The position numbers and the translations under genes were made by a program. The notes beneath the pieces are model-generated. The model made no database searches. It was not told the origin of the DNA and saw only the letters and a list, made by a program, of their open reading frames with translations. DNA of 32,000 nt from Clostridium sp. CAG:609 (GTDB lineage Bacteria; Bacillota_I; Bacilli_A; RF39; UBA660): assembly GCA_000438075.1 (NCBI GenBank), contig FR903525.1, positions 1 to 32,000 on the forward strand, given 5' to 3'. Below are positions 25,685 through 32,000 of the stretch, in pieces (within the stretch, counting starts at the first letter, position 1; each line of letters opens with the position of its first letter).

Positions 25685-27013
25685 ATGGATAACAAAAATA
25701 TAAATCCGTTTGATGATGTATCGGATGACCGTAATTGGAGACATAAAAGTGATAAACTAAAAAAGTATATTGAAGCTGGTGCTAATGTTTATGAAGGAGA
25801 TTTAATTTATGAAAATTTAACAACCGCGGAAGGTATTGTTTTTCCTGAAGTAGTTAATGGTAACGTGTATTTAAGTAATTTAAAAAGTGCAAAGGGATTA
25901 GTTCTTCCTAAATACATTAATGGATTCTTAGATTTAGAATTTTTACATGATGCAGAAGGATTACAACTTTGTGATGTTGAAGATGCAGTAATTTTAAATG
26001 GATTACATTCTGCTAAGGGACTAAAAATACCATATGATTTTGATTTAGATAAGATTCAATGTGAAGATGAAAGTGTATTATATGAAATTAAGCAAAACCC
26101 AACTAAGTATTTTGTGGACTTACCAGAAAAAAAGGATATAAATGAAAAATTTTATGAAAGAAGAAATACAAGTTTAAAAGAAATATATTGTCAAAGGATG
26201 ATTGAACTAATTACCAGAAAATTAGATCTTGGAGTTGCACTTGATGAAGACGAAATAAAGTTTTTAAATAATGCCAAAGATAAAGCTATATTTTTTGATG
26301 TTGATAGCAGATATATGGTTGATCAAATTGAAGATTTGAAAAAAAGAGTTCAAGAAGAAAATGGTAAAAGTATACAAAAAAGTGAAAATGTTGAATATAA
26401 TGGAGATTTAAACTTTAATAAAGTAACTTATGCTTCGAGATTAAATCTTCCAAAAAAACTAAATGGTGATTTAAATTTAGATGGTGTAACTAGTGCAGTT
26501 GGTTTAGTTCTACCTGAAGTTATTAATGGAAATCTTAGTTTAAATGGTTTAACTAGTGCAGTTGGTTTAGTTCTACCTGAAGTTATTAATGGTGATTTAA
26601 ATTTAAATGGAATAATAAGTCCGGAAGGATTAGTTTTACCTAAGATATGTAAATCTATTGAATTAAATAGTTTAACTTCTGCGGAAGGATTGGTTTTTCC
26701 TGATACAATAGTTGGTTTATTAAGTTTAAATAGTTTAACAAAACCTGATGGACTTGTACTTCCAAAAGATGAAGTGGGTGAACTATGGTTGCCCAAATTA
26801 GTTAGTGCTGATGGATTAATCATTCCAAAGAAAATTATTGAAGCCGTTAACTTAGATAGTTTACAATCTGCGGAAGGATTGAAATTTCATCCAGGTTTTG
26901 ATCTTGATTATATAGATTGTAATGATGAAATTAAAGAAGAAATAATGAATAATCCAGAAAAATATTATGTAATCGAAGAAGAATTAGAAGAAAATACTGA
27001 AAGAGGTAGATAA
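25685..27013 (+). CDS. cytoplasmic 21-residue-repeat (LRR-like) protein with duplicated architecture
   Basis: Start ATG 25685 follows GGAGGGA. Contains 4 + ~8 repeats of consensus LxxLtSAEGLvlPexInGdLn. Each block ends with a similar cap (GLKIPYDFDLDKIQCEDE...NPTKYF and GLKFHPGFDLDYIDCNDE...NPEKYY). No signal peptide or transmembrane helix. Confidence 0.75.
   Translation: MDNKNINPFDDVSDDRNWRHKSDKLKKYIEAGANVYEGDLIYENLTTAEGIVFPEVVNGNVYLSNLKSAKGLVLPKYINGFLDLEFLHDAEGLQLCDVEDAVILNGLHSAKGLKIPYDFDLDKIQCEDESVLYEIKQNPTKYFVDLPEKKDINEKFYERRNTSLKEIYCQRMIELITRKLDLGVALDEDEIKFLNNAKDKAIFFDVDSRYMVDQIEDLKKRVQEENGKSIQKSENVEYNGDLNFNKVTYASRLNLPKKLNGDLNLDGVTSAVGLVLPEVINGNLSLNGLTSAVGLVLPEVINGDLNLNGIISPEGLVLPKICKSIELNSLTSAEGLVFPDTIVGLLSLNSLTKPDGLVLPKDEVGELWLPKLVSADGLIIPKKIIEAVNLDSLQSAEGLKFHPGFDLDYIDCNDEIKEEIMNNPEKYYVIEEELEENTERGR
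26488..26592 (+). repeat. 63-bp-period tandem duplication inside the repeat-protein gene
   Basis: The 42-nt string aactagtgcagttggtttagttctacctgaagttattaatgg occurs exactly at 26488..26529 and again at 26551..26592. Confidence 0.9.
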
Positions 27014-27014
27014 A

Positions 27015-27037
27015 AAAGAATCCGTTGAGGATTCTTT
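27015..27037 (+). terminator. terminator hairpin after the repeat-protein gene (left copy of a duplicated hairpin)
   Basis: aaagaatcc-gttga-ggattcttt, starting right after the TAA stop at 27011..27013. Confidence 0.65.
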
Positions 27038-27230
27038 CAGGCTGTTGACAAAGTCGTTTTTTCAAATCGGCTTTGTTACAGCCTTTTATATTTCTCCCAC
27101 TAAGATATAAAAAAAGAGCATTTTTTAGGGATTAAGTACCTAATATTTGCTCTTTTTTAAACAATTTAACTCACTTTGCTTTTTTTTAAAACTAATTTTT
27201 TTCAAAAAAGATAGTTTGTCAACAATCTGA
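27037..27230 (+). mobile_element. MITE-like ~194-bp element, copy 1
   Basis: About 95% identical to 29142..29332. Imperfect terminal inverted repeats: tcaggctgttgacaaa versus the reverse complement of tttgtcaacaatctga (14/16 matching). Internal long stem-loop aggctgttgacaaagtcg...cggctttgttacagcct, followed by ttttat. Confidence 0.7.
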
Positions 27231-27477
27231 GACTTTATTCATTAAGTCAGTTTGGCTTTTACTTTTTATGTAGTAAAATATCAATCTACTATTTAAGAGT
27301 AGAAAATTATGATAATTTTAAAAAAAGAAATGAAGAAATGTTTTTATAAACGTTGAATCATTCTAAAGTGCACAAATAAGTGCAATTAAGTAATAAAAGT
27401 GTGTTTTCAATGATGTGAACCCCGTTTCTTGGACAAAAGAGAAGCGAGGTTTTTATATGTCAAAATTATATTAAAAT

Positions 27478-28314
27478 TTAATAAGAACCTAAATTACTAT
27501 CATTTCCTAAATATTTATATTGTTCATTGATAAAACTTTTATATTGATCAAATACTTCTCTATTAGTATTTGAGAATTTATAAACATAATTAGAAATATC
27601 CAAAAAGAAATTTATTTCATCAATTGTTTGTAAGTTTGCTATACATTCAAAATGAAAACGTAAAACACCAAATAATAACTTTCTATCATCTATTGTGCTA
27701 TTTTTACAAATTTTTTGTAACATTTCAAAATAATTTTTAAACAAATATAAAGCAGATTCATTTTCTTTAAAATAGTCTTTTCCCATACTAGCATTAAATT
27801 TAATATTGTTTAAAACGCTACTATAATCCAATTTAACATCACTATCAAAATCTTCAATAGTTATAGATTTAGCACCACTTAAAGGATAAGTAGAAAAAGT
27901 ATTTGGTAATGTAAATAAGCAATAATGCGTCTTATAAAATTTTTCCTTATAAGTTTCGTATTGTTTTTTGTAATCATCATCATCCATAAATTTTAAATTT
28001 AAGTTACAAAAGCTATCTTCAAATCTTATATACATATCACGAAGTAAATCCCTGTAGCTCAAATCATCTTCTACTATTTGTTTTACCTCATCATAACTAA
28101 CCTTTTTTCCATAATATATCATACTAACTAATTCAGATGGATAAATATCCAATATTTTTCCATCAAACATTCTTTTTTCACCATCTAAAAATGACATTCT
28201 TAACCAAGTATTTTTATAAAGTGGTAATTTTCTAATAGTTTCAAGTGAGAAATCTTCAACCTCATAAAAAGTTGGTTCATCAGTTCCTACGTCAAATTGT
28301 ACAAATTTTGCCAT
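27478..28314 (-). CDS. hypothetical protein (278 aa)
   Basis: Long uninterrupted ORF, divergent from 28517..29110. No motif recognised. Confidence 0.55.
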   Translation of the reverse strand: MAKFVQFDVGTDEPTFYEVEDFSLETIRKLPLYKNTWLRMSFLDGEKRMFDGKILDIYPSELVSMIYYGKKVSYDEVKQIVEDDLSYRDLLRDMYIRFEDSFCNLNLKFMDDDDYKKQYETYKEKFYKTHYCLFTLPNTFSTYPLSGAKSITIEDFDSDVKLDYSSVLNNIKFNASMGKDYFKENESALYLFKNYFEMLQKICKNSTIDDRKLLFGVLRFHFECIANLQTIDEINFFLDISNYVYKFSNTNREVFDQYKSFINEQYKYLGNDSNLGSY

Positions 28315-28470
28315 AATATCAACTCCATATAATATAATTATAACATTTTTTTTACAGAATTTATAGGAATATTACATAACTTTACAATGTTTGTACTCAT
28401 CACACACAAATAAAAACATAATTAAAATTAGATTAAATTTTTTATAATAAACACATGAAACATACTAAAC

Positions 28471-28499
28471 TTGTAAAAAAAATAAAAATATGATATAAT
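28471..28499 (+). promoter_or_regulatory. sigma-A promoter with extended -10
   Basis: TTGTAA (28471..28476), a 17-nt spacer, then TGaTATAAT (TG at 28491-28492; TATAAT at 28494..28499). The GAGGTGA RBS and ATG 28517 follow. Confidence 0.6.
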
Positions 28500-28516
28500 T
28501 TAATCGAGGTGAAATC

Positions 28517-29110
28517 ATGGATAAAATTAGAAATTTACCAAATTATAATACTTATTCAATAGAATTAATGAATGCCGTTGTTAAAGAGGATCAAAATACA
28601 ATTAATCAAATTTTTAATAAGATAGATGAAGAATTAAGAAAAATTAGAAAAGAAAAAAGTATAACTTTTGAAAGAAGTCAAAAAATGTGGAATGACCCAG
28701 AATCACATCTTAGGGCAGTACAATTAGAAGAAGTAACAGATTTAAAAATGGAATTTGATGATAATTTAGGGTTATTTCAATTAGCAAATTTAATTCAATA
28801 TGAACCTGTTATGACAATAACATTCACAAAAATGCTTAAAAATCTCAGTGATATAAGACTAAGAACAAATATAAGAACTGCACGAAGTGAAAAAATGTGG
28901 AATAACCCAGAATCACATTTCAAAGCAGTAGAAGCGGAAAAACAAGCAGATTTAGAAAATGAAATTACTGATTTAATGAGTTTATACAATATTGCACAAT
29001 CTGCAAATTATACTAAAGGTATTGAATTAATAACTAATAGATTAAATAAGATAGCACCAAATTTAGCTGATAGTTTAATTCCTAAAAATAGTGGTACAGT
29101 ACATAAATAA
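28517..29110 (+). CDS. hypothetical protein with an internal duplicated module (KMWNxPESHxxAV)
   Basis: 197 aa. ERSQKMWNDPESHLRAVQLEEVTDLKMEF and ARSEKMWNNPESHFKAVEAEKQADLENEI are two copies of one module. Confidence 0.6.
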   Translation: MDKIRNLPNYNTYSIELMNAVVKEDQNTINQIFNKIDEELRKIRKEKSITFERSQKMWNDPESHLRAVQLEEVTDLKMEFDDNLGLFQLANLIQYEPVMTITFTKMLKNLSDIRLRTNIRTARSEKMWNNPESHFKAVEAEKQADLENEITDLMSLYNIAQSANYTKGIELITNRLNKIAPNLADSLIPKNSGTVHK

Positions 29111-29141
29111 TTTTAAAAGATGACTACAATTCGTAATCATC

Positions 29142-29332
29142 TCAGGCTGTTGACAAAGTCGATTTTTCAAATCGGCTTTTTCACAGCCTTTTATATTTCT
29201 CCCACTAAGATATAAAAAAAAACATTTTTTAGGGATTAAGCACCTAATATTTGCTCTTTTTTAAACAATTTAACCCACTTTGCTTTTTTTAAAACTAATT
29301 TTTTCAAAAAAGATAGTTTGTCAACAATCTGA
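29142..29332 (+). mobile_element. MITE-like ~191-bp element, copy 2 (same orientation as copy 1)
   Basis: Aligns end to end with 27037..27230, with about 7 substitutions and 3 indel positions. Same terminal inverted repeats. Confidence 0.7.
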
Positions 29333-29354
29333 AAGAATCCGTTGAGGGTTCTTT
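29332..29354 (-). terminator. terminator hairpin after the phosphoesterase gene (right copy of the duplicated hairpin)
   Basis: aaagaatcc-gttga-gggttcttt differs from 27015..27037 at one position. It abuts the stop codon at 29354..29356. Confidence 0.6.
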
Positions 29355-30175
29355 TAATTTGCATATATTTTAGGTAAGTTATATATAAAAGTAAATTTGT
29401 AGTAATTTGATTTCATGCTTTTATTTAAGTCATAGCTTTTAGTAAATTTTTTATTATAATCGATGCCTGTTTTTAATATATATAATATAATGTTAGACCA
29501 TTCTGGACATTCTTCATAGTATTTACTAGATTGGTAATAGTTTTTAACTTCATCAAAGATAAATGGTAATTCAATTTGTTCATAAATTGTTATATCTTCA
29601 TTTATTGATAAAATACCAAAAGTTGAAGTAGATGGTTTACCAAGAAATGTGTTAATGGCACCGGTGTTAATAAATAAATGATTTTTATATTCTTTATAAA
29701 AGTATTTATGTGTATGTGCAAATAAGAATATATCTGCATCATAATCATTAAGTAGCTTATTAAATGTTGATATTGATGTTTGATTTATTATATCTTTTGT
29801 ATTGTATGGACTTCCATGAGATAAAAGTATTTTTTTATTATTAATTGTTACCATTTTTGATGTTGGTAACTTTTTTAAATATTCTAAATTTTCTTCAGTC
29901 AAATTTTTTTTTGTATAATATAATGGGTAGTATTTTTCATTTTCACTGGACATACTTGGAGTTATATTTAATACTGATTCTTCGCGATTTCCAAGGATCA
30001 CTTCAGCATTTAGGCTCCGTAAAGTATCTATTATTTTATTATCATCTGGTCCATCAGTTAAAAAATCTCCGCATACTAAAAATTTAGATATATTCATATC
30101 TTTACAATAATCTAATACTTTTGTTAATAAGTAATAGTTTCCGTGGATATCATTTAATATTGCAACTTTTTCCAT
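29354..30175 (-). CDS. calcineurin-like metallophosphoesterase
   Basis: 273 aa. VAILNDIHGN (DxH), CGDFLTDGP (GD), LGNRE (GNH[ED]-like), LLSHGSP and LFAHTH (GHTH-like). Confidence 0.8.
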   Translation of the reverse strand: MEKVAILNDIHGNYYLLTKVLDYCKDMNISKFLVCGDFLTDGPDDNKIIDTLRSLNAEVILGNREESVLNITPSMSSENEKYYPLYYTKKNLTEENLEYLKKLPTSKMVTINNKKILLSHGSPYNTKDIINQTSISTFNKLLNDYDADIFLFAHTHKYFYKEYKNHLFINTGAINTFLGKPSTSTFGILSINEDITIYEQIELPFIFDEVKNYYQSSKYYEECPEWSNIILYILKTGIDYNKKFTKSYDLNKSMKSNYYKFTFIYNLPKIYAN

Positions 30176-30206
30176 CTTACATCTTAATCATTATAACATA
30201 CTTTTT

Positions 30207-30415
30207 TGTTGATAACTAGCCCTTTTTGTGGATTGTGGATAATTTGTTGATAACTTAAAAAAATTATCCACAGAATTAACAACATTTTATCAAAAGTGAC
30301 TTTGTGGATAAAATGTTAGTAAGTGATGTGTTTATAAAAAATTGTTAGTTTTGTTGATAACTCTTGTAAATAGGCATATTTCTGGGAATTTTTATGTGGA
30401 TAACTTTGTGGATAA
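30207..30415. promoter_or_regulatory. oriC part 1: DnaA-box cluster upstream of dnaA
   Basis: Perfect TGTGGATAA/TTATCCACA boxes at 30234..30242, 30264..30272, 30303..30311, 30395..30403 and 30407..30415. One-mismatch TGTTGATAA boxes at 30207..30215, 30245..30253 and 30352..30360. Confidence 0.9.
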
Positions 30416-30520
30416 AATGTTAATTTAAAAAAATTATCAAAATATGTTAATTTACTCTTTTATTTTTATCAAAAATGGGGTAAAATTTAGATACAGATTT
30501 AAGTGAAGCGGGGTGAGGTT

Positions 30521-31864
30521 TTGAAAACTGATGAATTATTTACCAAATTTTTGAATGATATACAAACTCAAGTTAGTCAGAATGCATATACAATATGGTT
30601 TTCGAAACTAGAGCTCTTGTCAATTGTTAATAACGTTGTTACTATCAAGGTTCCAATGGAAATACATAAACAAATGCTTTCTGATACTTATGCTGATATT
30701 ATTGATGCTTCATTCTTTGCAATGACAGGAATCAACTATACATTTAAGTATATTACTGAAGATGAAGTTGAAACATTTGTGGAACCTGTTGTGGAAGAAC
30801 AAGTTGAAGAAAAGGAAATTGAGTGGAATACTAACTTAAATCCTAAGTTTACCTTTGATAATTATGTTGTTGGTAATTCAAATAGACTTGCTTTTGTAGC
30901 TGCTAGGGCTGTTGCTGAGGCACCCGGAACTATTCATAATCCTTTATTTATATATGGAAGAAGTGGAATAGGTAAGACACATTTGATGCAAGCAATAGGT
31001 AATTATATTAAGGATCATTCAAATTTAAAAGTTTTATATACAACAAGTAATGAATTTAGGGATGAATTTACTGGTATTGCTAATAGTAATAATAAAATAG
31101 GGTATGCTAATGATTTTAAAAATAAGTATAGAAATGTTGATGTGTTGATAATTGATGATATTCAATTTTTAGTAGAGGCTGAGAAAACTCAACAAGAATT
31201 CTTCCATACATTTAATGCACTTCATCAAGCAAATAAACAGATTATTATTAGTAGTGATAAGAGTCCGGATGACTTAAAAAAGATAGAGGAACGTCTTCGA
31301 AGCAGGTTTATGTGGGGACTTCCTGTTGATATTTATCCTCCAGATTTTAATCTTAGATGTGAAATAATTAGATCAAAGGTTAAAAATACAAGTATAGAGA
31401 ATAAATTAAATGATGATGTTATAGAATATATAGCTAATTCATGTGTTAATGATGTTAGACACATTGAAGGAACTATAAACAGGTTGCTAGCTTACACAGC
31501 AATGATGGTTCCTGATAAAATTACTTTGGATTTTGCAAATGAAGCATTGAATGATTATGTTAATACCAACATATTTATCAACAATTCTATTAGCTCGATT
31601 CAAAGTGCAGTCGCAGAATACTTTAAAATATCGGTAGATGATTTAAAAAGTAAGAGGCGAACTAATACAGTTGTTAAGCCAAGACATATTGCTATGTACT
31701 TATGCAGGGTAGAAACTGATGAGAACTTAATGAAGATTGGTTTAGAATTTGGTGGAAGAGATCATTCCACGGTTAGTACAGCGTGTGATAAGATAAAAGA
31801 AGAGTTAGAAAAAAATCCTAATTTAAACAATGTTATCAAAGATATCAAAATGAAATTACAATAA
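30521..31864 (+). CDS. dnaA: chromosomal replication initiator protein DnaA
   Basis: Walker A GRSGIGKTHL, Walker B LIIDDIQF, and the domain IV segment RHIAMYLCR...GGRDHSTV. TTG 30521 behind GGGGTGAGG is preferred over GTG 30503, which has no RBS. Confidence 0.95.
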   Translation: MKTDELFTKFLNDIQTQVSQNAYTIWFSKLELLSIVNNVVTIKVPMEIHKQMLSDTYADIIDASFFAMTGINYTFKYITEDEVETFVEPVVEEQVEEKEIEWNTNLNPKFTFDNYVVGNSNRLAFVAARAVAEAPGTIHNPLFIYGRSGIGKTHLMQAIGNYIKDHSNLKVLYTTSNEFRDEFTGIANSNNKIGYANDFKNKYRNVDVLIIDDIQFLVEAEKTQQEFFHTFNALHQANKQIIISSDKSPDDLKKIEERLRSRFMWGLPVDIYPPDFNLRCEIIRSKVKNTSIENKLNDDVIEYIANSCVNDVRHIEGTINRLLAYTAMMVPDKITLDFANEALNDYVNTNIFINNSISSIQSAVAEYFKISVDDLKSKRRTNTVVKPRHIAMYLCRVETDENLMKIGLEFGGRDHSTVSTACDKIKEELEKNPNLNNVIKDIKMKLQ

Positions 31865-31866
31865 AA

Positions 31867-31985
31867 TGTTGATAACTTGGGGATAATGTTAACAATTTTT
31901 TCTAGATTTTATGCTGATTTTTGTGAGTTATCCACATTATCAACGCTATAATAAAAATAATAATAAATAATAAAAAGAAAGAAGG
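31867..31985. promoter_or_regulatory. oriC part 2: DnaA boxes plus an AT-rich putative unwinding region between dnaA and dnaN
   Basis: TGTTGATAA at 31867..31875 and TGGGGATAA at 31878..31886. Abutting boxes TTATCCACA (31928..31936) and TTATCAACG (31937..31945). These are followed by ctataataaaaataataataaataataaaaag. Confidence 0.75.
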
Positions 31986-31995
31986 ATGAAAAATT

Positions 31996-32000
31996 ATGAA
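31996..32000 (+). CDS. dnaN: probable start of dnaN (only 5 nt lie in the window)
   Basis: An ATG at 31996 lies 9 nt after AAGGA, and the position after dnaA/oriC is conserved. This is an assignment by position only. Confidence 0.3.

Noticed and set aside
26488-26592. Possible CRISPR array or other non-coding repeat
   Set aside because: The repeats are in frame inside a long ORF, abut each other without spacers, and encode the 21-residue protein repeat. No cas genes are present in the window.
26428-26823. 131-aa minus-strand ORF inside the repeat-protein gene
   Set aside because: It is an antisense reading of the 63-bp periodic repeats, and the repetitive translation is an artefact of the sense-strand repeat.
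27041-27046. TTGACA hexamers inside both MITE terminal repeats acting as -35 promoter boxes
   Set aside because: No acceptable -10 element lies 16-18 nt downstream of either hexamer, and both face inward. They are probably just part of the terminal inverted repeat.
27309-27356. 15-codon ORF (MIILKKEMKKCFYKR) as a real micro-protein gene
   Set aside because: The RBS is weak and distant, the ORF is tiny, and I have no conservation information. It is mentioned only within the orphan-terminator finding.
28795-30087. ORFs 28795..28989 (-) and 29845..30087 (+)
   Set aside because: They lie antisense within the 197-aa gene and the metallophosphoesterase gene respectively, and have no independent support.

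Overview
Very AT-rich Firmicute chromosome segment spanning the replication origin. dnaA (30521..31864) has DnaA-box clusters on both sides. The usual origin-proximal block rpmH-rnpA-yidC-jag-mnmE-mnmG-rsmG-noc lies on the minus strand, interrupted by a stand-alone XRE regulator gene between jag and mnmE. Further left are a class A PBP, then DUF1934-argS-rpoE(delta)-prfA ... prmC-spoIIR, mntP, a zinc-ribbon membrane protein, murA and an SGNH-like hydrolase. An RNA polymerase delta subunit together with spoIIR suggests a spore-forming Bacilli/Erysipelotrichia-type organism (inference). No rRNA, tRNA, CRISPR array, transposase or integrase was seen. Three accessory insertions stand out. (1) A tightly coupled three-gene cassette sits between prfA and prmC, which are normally adjacent. 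It encodes an unknown N-terminal domain fused to a MoxR-type AAA+ ATPase, a 131-aa P-loop-less paralog of that ATPase, and a zincin(HExxH)-VWA(MIDAS) protein. This is my best candidate for an undescribed system. (2) An AbiEi/AbiEii toxin-antitoxin/abortive-infection pair lies between mntP and spoIIR. (3) A ~5.5 kb island of orphan genes separates rpmH from dnaA/oriC. It includes a 21-residue-repeat protein and a two-gene cassette bracketed by two ~190-bp MITE-like direct repeats, with a duplicated 22-nt terminator hairpin on the outer flanks. All family assignments come from motifs read by eye and from memory of family signatures; no database search was run.
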